Source: Octopus sinensis (taxonomy: Eukaryota). From it: a stretch of 64,000 nt of DNA. A model generated the notes under the pieces. That model did not search any database and was not told where the DNA came from. It saw nothing but the letters and a program-made list of their open reading frames with translations. Position numbers and translations under genes: made by a program. Location of the stretch: NCBI RefSeq assembly GCF_006345805.1, contig NC_043000.1:11532001-11596000 (forward strand), written 5' to 3'. Below are positions 28,668 through 41,237 of this stretch, piece after piece (the stretch's first letter is position 1; each line of letters begins with the position of its first letter).

Positions 28668-28904
28668 GCGTGTGTATATGTTTGTGTGTCTGTGTTTGTC
28701 CTCCCCCAGCATCCCTTGACAACCGATGCTGGTGTGTTTACGTCCCCGTAACTCACCGGTTCAGCAAAAGCAACCGATAGAATAAGTACTAGGCTTCCAA
28801 AGAATAAGTCCTGGGGTCGATTTGCTCGACTAAAGGCGGTGCTCCAGCATGGCCGCAGTCAAATGACTGAAGCAAGTAAAAGAGTAAAAGAGAGTAAAGA
28901 GAGT
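28461..28904 (+). mobile_element. tRNA-derived SINE family A (CORE-like), full length
   Basis: GGCGCAGGA..TGGCTGTGTGGTAAG..GGGTTCAGTCCC head, CCTTGG.CAAGTG core, internal (TA)n and an AGAGTAAA tail. Confidence 0.9.
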
Positions 28905-29039
28905 ATACATACATACATACATACATACATACATACATACATACATACATACATACATACATACATACACACATACATATATACATGTATGAACATGTGT
29001 ATAAGGGTCGCGTGAGTATATAATATAATATTGGTTTCA

Positions 29040-29242
29040 AATTTTGACGCAGGACCAGGAAGGTCCGAGAGGTTTTAAGTCGTTTACATTAACCCCAGTG
29101 TATAACTGGTAGTTATTTTAACGACACTGACAGGATGAAAGCCAAAGTAGACCTCAATGGGATTTTAGCTCAGAACCAACGGGAGACAAAATGCCGCTAA
29201 ACATATTGCCCGAGATGCTAACGATTCTGCTAGCTCGCCACC
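29040..29242 (-). mobile_element. SINE family B, diverged
   Basis: Reverse-complement homology to family B. Confidence 0.7.
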
Positions 29243-29550
29243 TTATAATAGTAAATAGATCGATCGATCGATCGATAGATAGATAGATAGATTCATACAT
29301 ACAAACATACATTTGTATAAACTTTACCGCCCCCGTTGAGTGTGTTTCAATTACCAAATGGCAATTGAGACCAGTTCCTTATGAGCAGAGAAGACATCTC
29401 AAAAATCAAAACTAATGCTCGAAAGATAAAGGAAAGTCTTCAACGTTTCGGACGCTAATTCTTCATCAGAAAAAAGGGAAAAAATGGAGAAAGGGGGTGG
29501 TAAGAAGAAGAAGAAGAAGAATGCTTAAGCGTATGTATGTGTGCGTGTAT

Positions 29551-29627
<77 letters not shown>

Positions 29628-29628
<1 letters not shown>

Positions 29629-29877
29629 ATTTATATATAGAGGGCATTATACATACATGCCAGAAGGCATTATACATACATGCCACACGCTAAGAGGGAC
29701 AATTAGTCATTTCTACCAAAAATATTACTAATCCCACCGAATGCAATTTTTCAAAGTAAGGCATTCGGTGGGATTAGTAATATTTTTGGTAGAAATGACT
29801 AATTGTCCCTCTTAGCGTGTGGCATGTATGTATAATGCCTTCTGGCATGTATGTATAATGCCCTCTATATATAAATT
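29628..29877. repeat. Perfect palindrome, 117-bp arms, 16-nt loop
   Basis: Arms at 29628-29744 and 29761-29877 read as exact reverse complements. Confidence 0.95.
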
Positions 29878-29993
29878 AATATGTTCAATAAGAAATAATT
29901 ATTTTCGAAATTTTTTCTCTTATGAGGTTTTCACGCTATCTACCTGACAATTTCTTGTTAAGTTTTCCTTATTAAGTAGTTGTCCTTAATTGC

Positions 29994-30045
<52 letters not shown>

Positions 30046-30046
30046 G

Positions 30047-30295
30047 AAGGCGCTTGGCTTAATTATTAGGGTGTTGCACACACGATTACTAGATCGTGGG
30101 GTCGATTCCCAGACGGGCGTTGCATTGTGTTCTTGAGTAAAGCATTTCATTTCATGTTGCTCTGCGATCATTTCGTCATCTGACATGTGGCACAAGGTAC
30201 ACCTGTACAGGTAATGTCGATTTGATGGAGAGTGTGAGCTTATGTGAACACAAACATTCGATCACAATAAATAAAACATCTGTGTGGTTGTTTGG
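30047..30295 (+). mobile_element. SINE related to family E, diverged
   Basis: GAAGGCGCTTGGCTTAA..GGGGTCGATTCCC..TTGTGTTCTTGAGTAAAGCA head and core. Confidence 0.6.
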
Positions 30296-30996
30296 CAAGA
30301 AATTGCCGAGCCCTCATATGTCGTCTAACGACGAGAGAGTCTATGATCCCGTCCTTGCTTTTTCCTGTCCGTCTTTGTATCGTCCATCAGTCCGATGTTT
30401 TATTGTCGTCTGTTGCGTTCTTGTTCCATTTTATGGATATATATATATCTTCTCTATATATAAAACTGAAATGCGTTTTTACCGCTTGGATCGCTTTCAA
30501 TGCCACTACATCCCGTCCGATTCGCTCCAAAATTTACAGGGACATGTAGAATGAGGTGACGATGCTCGTGGGCTACCTTAGAAATCCCTATCTTAAAAGG
30601 TGTGGTTGCTAGGGGCCATCTTCCTCACTCACCCTATTTCCTCCAGTACCCTCTCACTCCTCTTCATTTGACAAGTCCACTCCAGTTATTTAATGTAAAG
30701 TCTTCCTCAAATCACTCTCTTCCAAGAACATTTTCACTCACTCTTATCTCTTAGCTTCCCATACATTTTACTCATGTATCTATCAACGTTCATAGACAGA
30801 AACAAATATTACATTGCCCTCGCCATCGCCATCGCCATCGCCATCGCCATCGCATTCTATTGTCTACCTGTCAACACACACACACATATATACATATATC
30901 TAATATTATATTTTTATTTTTATGTTTTTGTTTTTGGTTTTTTACTGTTTCATTTCCCTATTAGTAGTTTTATCTCTAATTTAATTTCTACAGCGT

Positions 30997-31033
<37 letters not shown>

Positions 31034-31574
31034 TATGTGGCCCCAGTACACCCGAATGAAATCGGGTTCTCTTCATCAAAATGTGAAAAGGGGTCTACAA
31101 TTATCATCGCCACCACCAACACCACCAACACACAATCATGACAATCTTTCTCTTAAAACAAATCATGTTTAAATTGCAAAATATTTCATTTTCCCGTCCT
31201 CTCTTTCATATATCACCTTTTCTTTCTCGAGCTCTCTTTTTTCGCCGTCTCTATTTATTCTACAACGAGTCTATCAATGACAGCCGCAAAAGTTTCAATA
31301 TTCCTACTTCACCTCTTTCAGAAACGCAACAGATATTATTTTTTTTTTTGCCGGGGTTAAAGCCCACTACATCCCGTCGGATTCACTCCAAAATTTACAC
31401 CTTCTCTTTCTACCTCTAACTCCCATTCAATTTCTCTTTATCTCCATTCTTAAAGATAATTATCATCGCCACCACAACCAACAACACACAATCTGGACAA
31501 TCTTTCTCTTATAACAAATCATGTTTACATTGCAACGACATCTGCCACCTCCGCCGTCTCTATTTATTCTGCAA

Positions 31575-31770
31575 ATGACCAGAACTCGGGAAACTTGGTT
31601 GAGTGTTCTATGGTCTATGACCAGAACTCGGGAAACTTGGTTGAGTGTTCTATGGTCTATGACCAGAACTCGGGAAACTTGCTTGACTGTTCTATGGTCT
31701 ATGACCAGAACTCGGGAAACTTGCTTGACTGTTCTATGGTCTATGACCAGAACTTGGGAAACTTGGTTGA
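31575..31770. repeat. 42-bp minisatellite, ~4.6 copies
   Basis: Unit ATGACCAGAACTCGGGAAACTTG(G/C)TTGA(G/C)TGTTCTATGGTCT. Confidence 0.95.
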
Positions 31771-32419
31771 GTCCTCATCTTATAAAATGTGGCCCCAGTA
31801 GACCCAATGAAATCGGGTTATATTACCAAAATGTGAAAAGGGGTCTAAATGGGGCTGGAGGGGATTAAAATTTAAAGGAGCGGGTGTTTAGCAATTCTCT
31901 GTTACATCAAGCTAAAAAATTTGCGCCAGCCTTTTAATCGTCAATGTGTTGCCGTCCATGATGAAGAAGTTTTGAATGCTTGCCATCGTGAGTCTACTGT
32001 CATGAGAAAGAATCAATTCAAAACTTGGTTTTTAGGGATTTTCTTTTACATCAAGTTCAAAATTTTACGCCAGCCGTTGAACTGTCAATACGTTGCTGTC
32101 CGTCGTTAAGAAATGCCAGCCATGGTGACTCTACTATCCTCAAATTCTATCCCTTCAAACTTTGGTTTCCAATATTTTATTATTTTTATTCAGCTCGCAA
32201 GTTCGTCTGTCCCTTTTAAATGTTAGTGTTTTGCTGTCTCTCTTGAAGCAGACCTTTCCGTTGTTACTGCCTGATATTTATGATTGATCTTTCTAAATAT
32301 TTTATTTCTCAACTTACTCAAGATCTTTTGTTGTTTATAAATGGGAGAGAGATACATAAAGATAGAGAGTAAGAGAAAGCGAGGAAGAGTCCGAGAGAAA
32401 GGAGAAAGAAACAAAGAGG

Positions 32420-32735
32420 GAGAATCATCATCATCATCATCATCGTTTAACATCCGTTTTCCGTGCTAGCACGGGTTGGACAGTTTGACAGGGTCTGGGA
32501 AGCCAGGAGGCTGCACCAGGCTCCAGTCTGATCTGGCAGTGTTTCGACAGGTGGATGCCCTTCCTAACGCCAACCACTCTGTGAGCGTAGTGGGTGCTTT
32601 TTTCGTGCCGCCTGCACAGGTGCCAGGGGGGCTGGCAGCGGCCACGATCGGTTGGTGCTTTTTACGTGCCACCAGCACAGAAGCCAGTCAAGGCGGCGCT
32701 GCAATCCGCCACGTTCGGATGGTGCTTTTTACGTG
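32420..32735 (-). mobile_element. Retroposon family D
   Basis: Homology to 11590-11955. Confidence 0.8.
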
Positions 32736-32916
32736 CTGAAAGGAAGCAACAGAAAGTAACAACCACACTCTTACCCGCGCGTAGAGCGGGTCACCTTCAG
32801 CTAGTATGTATATATATATATATATATATATATAAGGAAAAGATCGTTAGTTAAATACCGATCTTATCAGGTGGCCAGCATGGGAATAAAAACCTTCAAA
32901 TGTAATAATTATTATT

Positions 32917-33096
32917 AAAATTATAATTTAGGGTATTTAAGAGATACCACCACGCTGTAAATAGCAGCCAAAACTTGACTCTAAAACCACATTAAATGTT
33001 CATACTAGTGGTGTATGAACATTTAATGTGGTTTTAGAGTCAAGTTTTGGCTGCTATTTCCAGCGTTATGGTATCTCTTAAATACCCTAAATTATA

Positions 33097-33101
<5 letters not shown>
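32917..33101. repeat. Near-perfect palindrome, ~89-bp arms, 7-nt loop
   Basis: Loop TAGTGGT at 33006-33012; the right arm runs into (TA)n. Confidence 0.93.
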
Positions 33102-33150
<49 letters not shown>

Positions 33151-33152
<2 letters not shown>

Positions 33153-33550
33153 AGTGGCTGTGTGGTAAGTAGCTTGCTTACCAACCACATGGTTCCGGGT
33201 TCAGTCCCACTGCGTGGCATCTTGGGCAAGTGTCTTCTGCTATAGCCTCGGGCCGACCAATGCCTTGTGAGTGGATTTGGTAGACGGAAACTGAAAGAAG
33301 CCTGTCGTATATATGTATATATGCATATGTATGTGTGTGTATATATGTATATGTATCTGTGTTTCTCCTCCCACCATCGCTTGACAACCGATGCTGGTGT
33401 GTTTACGTCCCCGTCACTTAGCGGTTCGGCAAAAAGAGACCGATAGAATAAGTACTGGGCTTACAAAGAATAAGTTCCGGGGTCGATTTGCTCGACTAAA
33501 GGCGGTGCTCCAGCATGGCCTCAGTCAAATGACTGAAACAAGTAAAAAAG
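33151..33550 (+). mobile_element. SINE family A
   Basis: Homology to 28461-28904. Confidence 0.9.
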
Positions 33551-33900
33551 AAAAAAAAAGAAAAAAAGAAATATATATATATATATATAAAAGAGGTGAA
33601 GACTGAAATCCTTTAAAGTGGTGTTAAACGTCCAAGTCCGCCGGTACAGTCCAGGCAAAGAATATATACATAAAATATATATTCAGTATTGGCAAAAACA
33701 ATGAATTATGTATAATGAAAGGAAAAAAAATGTAGTTGTAGACGACCTTTAATTCATAATCCAGTTTGGTACAGATCCAATATAAATTCTACGAATTATT
33801 TCGGAGTCTAATTAATTCAAAAGGCAAAAATGAAAAACTCTTCTTGAAATAGAAATTAGCTTCTTTGTCAGGAATTACATATTGGTATAAATAATTACAA

Positions 33901-34118
33901 CCAACAAAAATATAAAAAGACCTTTCATAGCTCAGACGGGAACGAACAAAAATAGGGTATAGATCCCTTCGACCAACAAAAATATAAAAAGACCTTTCAT
34001 AGCTCAGACGGGAACGAACAAAAATAGGGTATAGATCCCTTCAACCAACAAAAATATAAAAAGACCTTTCATAGCTCAGACGGGAACGAACAAAAATAGG
34101 GTATATATCTCTTCGACC
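33901..34118. repeat. 72-bp tandem repeat, 3 copies
   Basis: CCAACAAAAATATAAAAAGACC starts at 33901, 33973 and 34045. Confidence 0.95.
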
Positions 34119-34416
34119 ATGAATGACCAAGTGATTGCACCTAGAATGTTCCCCTCCGGGGCACAGGTCCGGGAAGGTTGTTTATGGAAGACCAACAGTT
34201 GCCCATGCATACCAGTCTCTCCTATCCATACCACTGGCGTTATTCAAGGCAAAGGCAAAGGCCGATAGTGTTTGGCACCTGTGACGTCGCAACTCATTTC
34301 TACAGCTGAGTGAACTGGAGCAACGTGAAATAAAGAACACAACATCCAGCCTCGTCCAGGAATGGAACTCACTGCCTCATGAGTGTGAACCCGACGCTCT
34401 AACCATTGAACCATGC
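34116..34416 (-). mobile_element. SINE family E
   Basis: Reverse-complement homology to 13831-14151. Confidence 0.8.
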
Positions 34417-34527
34417 GCCTTCACATACACACATACATAAATATAATTATATATACATATATATGTGTGTGTGTATATATATATATGTATGTATATGTAT
34501 ACGTATATATATATATATAATATATAT

Positions 34528-34559
<32 letters not shown>

Positions 34560-35172
34560 CTCTTTACTCTTTTACTTGTTTCAGTCATTTGACTGCGGCC
34601 ATGCTGGAGCACCGCCTTCAGTCGAGCAAATCGACCCCGGGACTTATTCTTTGTAAGCCTAGTACTTATTCTATCGGTTTCTCTTGCCGAACCGGTGAGT
34701 TACGGGGACGTAAACACACCAGCATCGGTTGTCAAGCAATGTAATCGACTAAATCCGTTTGTCTGTCCTTGTTTGTCCTCTTTGTGTTTAGCCCCTTGTG
34801 GGTAGTAAAGGAATAAGAAATAAGAAATGCATTCATCCCTCCTTGTGACGTTTTCTTTTAGCCTTAAAGCTCATGTTTACTTTTTTTTGTTTTGTTTTTT
34901 AGTTACAACCACTTGGACGCTAAACATAACCACATTTTACTTCATACAATCACGTGACAACGAATAAATCTATGCCTGGTCATTCGCTTCACTAGAGATA
35001 GCAACCAAATTCCCTGAAACCACACTATGTTATTAGAGGAGTGGCAGACTCTTTAGATAATATAGTCCTGGACTCACCTTGAAGTTTCAGATTTGAATGC
35101 GAGTGATAGTTTTTTCTGTGGTTGAGGGGTTCAGACTTCTAGCATTGAAGCTTCCTCGTTGGATCGCGTTAC

Positions 35173-35279
<107 letters not shown>

Positions 35280-35720
35280 TGATCAAAGGTATTTTGGCAT
35301 CAACCGTCATATCCATTTAAGTGAGTAGGTCTCTAGGACTGTTTTATTTAACGTGTCCATCACTTCTCTAACAAGGTAGAGTGTAATTTCAGAGAAATTT
35401 GATCGTTGTTTCTCGAAAACTGAGTGACCAAAATGGATTAGAACCATTTAGTGCAGGCATGTCAACGATTCCGGTCCTGCATTGAAACTGAAGATGAATT
35501 CATAAAATAATCTTATAAGAAAACTTATGAAGAACATGCGCACAATAATTTTGTTAAAATAAATTTGATATTTGCTAGATTAGTAAATTACCAAATGTCT
35601 CTTCAAATACCTCTCGTACCCTGTACATTTATGTGTATTTATTGAAATACATGAATTTTTTGCGTAATGAGATAAAAAAAACCAAGATTGTATAGATATT
35701 AGAGCATTTATAGATAGAAG

Positions 35721-35775
35721 GTCTTACAGCTGTTTCTAGGATATTAATTGATAATAATATCCCTTCATCGGAGAC
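35721..35775 (-). ncRNA. Degenerate minimal hammerhead (PLE-type)
   Basis: GUCU-CCGAUGA-A-GGGAUA..UAUCCUA-GAAAC AGCU GUA-AGAC; U4C core variant and a mismatch at the base of stem II. Confidence 0.55.
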
Positions 35776-37045
35776 GGTGTGAGAGGAAGAGTTAAGTCAT
35801 AGTTAGTTTCGATGTGCTATAAATAGAGTGAGGTGGAGGAAAGAAAATAGATGTAAGATATGTGTGGTTATTGAGTTCAGAAATCCGTTTTATAGGCATA
35901 ATGGTATATATGTGTAATATTCCAATATCCTTTCAGTAAAATCCAAAAGTCCAACATAGTTTAATATACCGTATACTGAAATATGAAGAAGAGTTCATTT
36001 ACACTAACATTTCTGTATTTCTATTATAATAGTATTTATCACTAGAAGCTCCACATCTCCCTTGTATGTGAGGGTTTAATACACTGGGTAGATCGAGTAT
36101 TTCTCCGAAAAAACTCTTTGATTATATGTTTGATCCTGCTGTCCATCAACAGGAGTAACTTTTCAAACCAGGAGAGGTACTAACACTATTCCCATCGTCA
36201 TATTCCCTACAAGTTTCAAATGGTTCATATTTATATCTGATTCTTTCTGTCTGGCCCAGCTTTCCAATCACAAGTATTGTAACGAGAGAAATTTGATGAA
36301 CTACCGATATTTTAAAAACCACATCTGATCATCAATCGAACTGAACGTAGTTAACGGGGCAGCACGTGTTTGATATTCCATTAATTCGAAAAGAATTTAT
36401 AGCCTGTTCGGATGAGAAGAACAGTACGATAACTGAGCAACAATCGTAGCAAAAATGACTAAAATATTTTCTCTTGTGGGGTAGGGGAAATGGAGGGAAA
36501 ACGCTTTTAACCCCATTTTAATTACTTGAGTCATTCGTTCTGTAATTCGTTTTGATTATGGGTGATATGAAAGGGTTTTGTAAGGAATGTAACCAATTTT
36601 CTGTAGTCAAGAACAGAGGTTATTACTAAAGGATTCTGAACAAGAGAACTTATTAAATTATCGAATGCCCTTGGCTGGACATTTGCTGTTGTGTCAGACT
36701 ACATACATATATTTATACATATGTACATAATGCATACACACATTCATACATGCACACACATACACACATGTTATCGGGTATAATGTATAATGAATCGAAT
36801 GCCAAATCATTTACATTTGTAAAAAGGACACAATATATGGAGAGAATGTAGAGTGTATATATCATTACGTATCTTAAAGAATATTTTACGCGTTTTACCT
36901 TCTTTCGCCACGCAAAGCTGTGCATCACGCAAAGGTTATCTGCTGTACTGCGTCGCACAGTGAAACAAATTATAATATATGAGAGAGATACTGTTTAACA
37001 CACACGTACACACACACACACACACACGCACATGCACACGCATAT

Positions 37046-37088
<43 letters not shown>

Positions 37089-37259
37089 GCGCAGGAGTGG
37101 CTGTGTGGTAAGTAGCTTGTTTACCAACCACATGGTTCTGGGTTCAGTCCCACTGCGTGGCACCTTGGGCAAGTGTCTTCTACTATAGCCTCTGGCCGAT
37201 CAAAGCCTTGTGAGTGAATTTGGTAGACGGAAACTGAAAGAAGCCCCGTCGTATATATG

Positions 37260-37290
<31 letters not shown>

Positions 37291-37501
37291 ATGTTTGTGT
37301 GTCTGTGTTTGTCCCCCTAGAATTGCTTGACAACCGATGCTGGTGTGTTTACGTCCCCGTAACTCACCGGTTCGGCAAAAGAGACCGAGAGAATAAGTAC
37401 TAGGCTTACAAAGAATAAGTCCCGGGGTCGATTTGCTCGACTAAAGGCGGTGCTCCAGCATGGCCGCAGTCAAATGACTGAAACAAGTAAAAGAGTAAAG
37501 A

Positions 37502-37503
<2 letters not shown>
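37089..37503 (+). mobile_element. SINE family A, full length
   Basis: Homology to 28461-28904; its 3' half is inverted-duplicated at 34561-34740. Confidence 0.9.
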
Positions 37504-37554
<51 letters not shown>

Positions 37555-37560
37555 GTACGT

Positions 37561-37605
<45 letters not shown>

Positions 37606-37615
37606 ATACGTATAC

Positions 37616-37658
<43 letters not shown>

Positions 37659-37740
37659 TAAGTATATATAATTATATTTATGTATGTATGTGTGTATGTG
37701 AAGGCGCATGGTTCAATGGTTAGAGCGTCGGGTTCACACT

Positions 37741-38070
37741 GGTGCGTAACTGGTACTTAATTTATCGACCCCGAAAGAATGAAAGGCAAGGTCGAACACG
37801 GCGGAATTTGAACTCAGAACGTAACGGCAGACGAAATACCCTTTTCTTTACTGCCCACAAGGGGTTAAACACAGAGACGACAAACAAGGACAGACAAACG
37901 GATTAAATCGATTACATCGACCCCAGTGCGTAACTGGTACTTAATTTATCGACCCCGAAAGGATGAAAGACAAGGTCGACCTCGGCAGAATTTGGACTCA
38001 GAACGTAACGGCAGACGAAATACCGCTAAGCATTTTGCCCGGCGTGCTAACGTTTCTGCCAAGCTTGCCG
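37741..38070 (-). mobile_element. SINE family B head-to-tail dimer (second unit truncated)
   Basis: A full unit at ~37841-38070 is followed by a headless unit at 37741-37840. Confidence 0.85.
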
Positions 38071-38727
38071 CCTTCAAATGTAAACACAGGGGAAATACTG
38101 CGACGTATTTCGTCCGGAGCGGTAACGTCTCTGCCAGCTCGCCGCCTCGGGATGTATACATTTCTATTAACCGTAATACTACGTCGTCATTAATCAATAA
38201 CCAGAACTCGTACAAACTGATAACTTATTTTTCATACCTATAATACCTTTATACAAACATAATAATAATAACCATATGTAAACATTTATTATTTAAGCTA
38301 AGTATTGTCATTGGTGATGAATAGTCAGTTCGAATTAAAGTTTTTGGAAAGTTAGTTGTCAGTTGCTTCATTAAAAATTAAATGCAACTATTTTCAATGC
38401 TGGTAATGTTTGCGATTCATTTTTAAAATTTGTATTAACCTTTTGCCTGTCCAAAGCATTTTCATAAGTTTATTCTAAACATCCATACTTGTTTTGAGAC
38501 TATTAGTTAGCCCATGTTTCATTCGTTCTGTATAATATAAATGTTTTATAGTTGGGTAGGTAGTGGAGCCATCTAATGTGACTCTTTTCAGAAGGCTGTA
38601 ATATCATTTGACAGGAACACGGTATCAAGAAATACATGGAACAAGTCGGTAACTCTAAATAATTTTAATGTGGCCACGCGTATATATATATAAACTGAAT
38701 GATAAATGGAAATGATTGATGAACATT

Positions 38728-39055
38728 TGGAAGCACTCCGTCGGTTACGTCGATGAGGGTTCCGGTTGATCCGAATCAACGGAACAGCCTGCTCGTGAAA
38801 TTAACGTGTAAGTGGCTGAGCACTCCACAGGCACGTGTACCCTTAACGTAGTTCTCGGGGATATTCAGCGTGACACAGAGAGTGACAAGGCCGGCCCTTT
38901 GAAATACAGGTACAACAGAAACAGGAAGTAAGAGTGAGAGGAAGTTGTGGTGAAAGTGTACAGCAGGGATCACCACCTCCCCCTGCCGGAGCCTCGTGGA
39001 GCTTTAGGTGTTTTCGCTCAATAAACACTCACAATGCCCGGTCTGGGAATAGAAA
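38728..39055 (-). mobile_element. SINE family C, 5' truncated
   Basis: Near-identical to 53733-54060. Confidence 0.85.
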
Positions 39056-39079
39056 TGATGAACATTTATCCATATATCT

Positions 39080-39400
39080 ACATGAATCTACGTGGGTTGT
39101 ATGTTTGCTGTTAACCATGGCGAGGAAGCTCACGAACAGCGATATGATAGAACCTGTGCAGTGTTGTTGATGCTGTGCAGAGATGTTGTTGACGACGTTG
39201 GTAGAGACATGATGGTGGCGACGAAGATGGAGGTCGTTGTAATGCTGTCGTATGGTCAGTGGTTAGACCTTTGAAGGTCTGGAACCAACAGACATCGAGA
39301 CTGGGAGGAGGGGAGTTTGTATAGCTAACAGTAGGCTCAAATAGAGTTTAGAACAGTCTGTCTCACGTGATTTATTTGGAGGCTGCGATTGGTTAGGTTG
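39080..39400 (-). mobile_element. Relic homologous to the solo LTR at 42990-44053
   Basis: The reverse complement contains CCAATC..CTATACAA..TCCAGACCTTCAAAGGTCTAACCACTGACCA, matching CCAATC..CTATAAA..TCCAGACCTTTTAAGGTCTAGTCACTGACCA at ~43157-43275. Confidence 0.55.
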
Positions 39401-39995
39401 CATAAGGCGTTGATCGATTTGAGTGTTTGGCAAAAGACATTTAACTTACCGGAGGTTCGTCCTCTGAAATTGAACCCCATACCATATAATCTTGAAGCGA
39501 TCTGCTTCACCACATTGTAATGCCTGTACCCAATTTCAAACCAGACTTCTCTCAGTATTGTACATAAGTGGAACAATGCGGATAGTCCTCTTCGGACGGA
39601 GTTTTATGAAGGCACCGCTTTGAATTTGCAATCTCAAGGGCTGCCTCAAGCGGCACACAATCTGGCTACACCACTGTCTGTCACGTACCAATAAAGGATC
39701 TCAGAAAAGGATTTTTGCTTCCTAAAGAAAGAATTGGACAACCATCAACTGGCTTCTAATATCTGAGTAGTATGTCCTTCAACAAGAAAATGTACGCTGT
39801 ATATTTACACTGAATATACAAAATATAAACTGTAATGAAAGCGGTAACCAAAGCATTGGCTTCGTAAAAAAATAGAGGCTTGAACAAGAGAAAATTTGTT
39901 GTAAAAAGTGATGTTATAGCGGAATAAATGGTTTATCGTAGCATTGTGAAGTTCATCGGCTAAAGAAAGGTTGTATGCTCAAGATCTTGTTGTGA

Positions 39996-40080
39996 CGCCA
40001 TCTTGGAAATTTCCAGCACGCATGCGCAGGGTTGGAATCTTCCGGAAAGCCTGCCGGAAGTTCCCTCGTGCGCATGCGCA
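39996..40080. promoter_or_regulatory. CpG-rich cluster of YY1-, NRF1- and ETS-like motifs (candidate promoter)
   Basis: CGCCATCTT at 39996, CGCATGCGCA at 40019, CTTCCGGAA at 40039, CCGGAAGT at 40054 and TGCGCATGCGCA at 40069. Confidence 0.45.
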
Positions 40081-40914
40081 GAAAATTAGCAGCAGCGAAA
40101 TTCTCTTGTATCTTTCTCTTTGACGCTAGCAACTGAACGATACAGACGTGTCTCCAGCAGTTTTCTCGAGCTGTTACCTCGTGGTGCATCCCCGCTATGC
40201 TTGAACGGGCAGGATTGACTCACTGCACTAGACTACAGCCGATAAGCTCCTAGGTTGCCGATTCGCCCTGAGGAAGGAAATGTTTATATTGCGAATCAAA
40301 GAATACATATTTATACTGTTGAAGTTAACGGAAAATCTTGACTCTTTCTTCTTTGATGTAAAGGATGCGAGCAGCACCCCTCCAGTGCGGGAATCTCTCA
40401 TCCTGTTACAATCTCCTACGCGCTGGAAGATGAAGTGAAACTCTGCATGTATTTTTAAGGGCATTCTCATTATGGAATTAGGGGACAAAAATAATGGTTA
40501 TGTGGCTTGTCATTTTAGGTCAACATCACTAACATAACTGGTCTGAGGTTGAAATTACTAGGGCCGAATCACATCATTATCTTTCTTTTCGCTACGATCA
40601 GAGGTTTTAAATCAAGGTTGCAATTGTTCATAACTCGCTAGAGGAACAAAATATTTCAGTCATTTGGATCAAAATAGTGTTTCCAGATTTATAAAACCAT
40701 GAGCCCTGAACTACTTTTATGCTAAATTCCTTTTAGTGAGATGTAAGGCAATTTTTCAGATTCCTTTCGTTTTGTGTTAGTTTATTTACAATGAAAGAAC
40801 GTCGAAAACTAAACCAACGAACGTTGAAAACTGGTTGCATCAAAGAGAGTTGCTTATAATTTGCCATGTTTCTTATACGTCATATACTGTTGGAAACTGG
40901 TCTCCGTAATAACA

Positions 40915-41125
40915 CTCTTTACTCTTTTACTCGTTTCACACATTTGACTGCGGTCATGCTGGAGCTCCGCCTTTAGTCGAGCAAATCGACCCCAGGACTT
41001 ATTCTTTGGAAGCCTAGTACTTATTCTATCGGTCTCTTTTGCCGAACCGCTAAGTGACGGGGACGAAAATAGACCAGCATCTGTTGTCAAGCGATGTTGG
41101 GGAGACAAACACAGACACACAAACA
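40915..41125 (-). mobile_element. SINE family A, 3' half
   Basis: Reverse-complement homology to family A. Confidence 0.85.
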
Positions 41126-41157
41126 TATACACACACATACATACATACATACATACA

Positions 41158-41237
<80 letters not shown>

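Noticed and set aside
31575-31770. CRISPR-like array
   Set aside because: Contiguous 42-bp units without unique spacers, in a eukaryotic context with no cas genes. The same applies to the 72-bp repeat at 33901.
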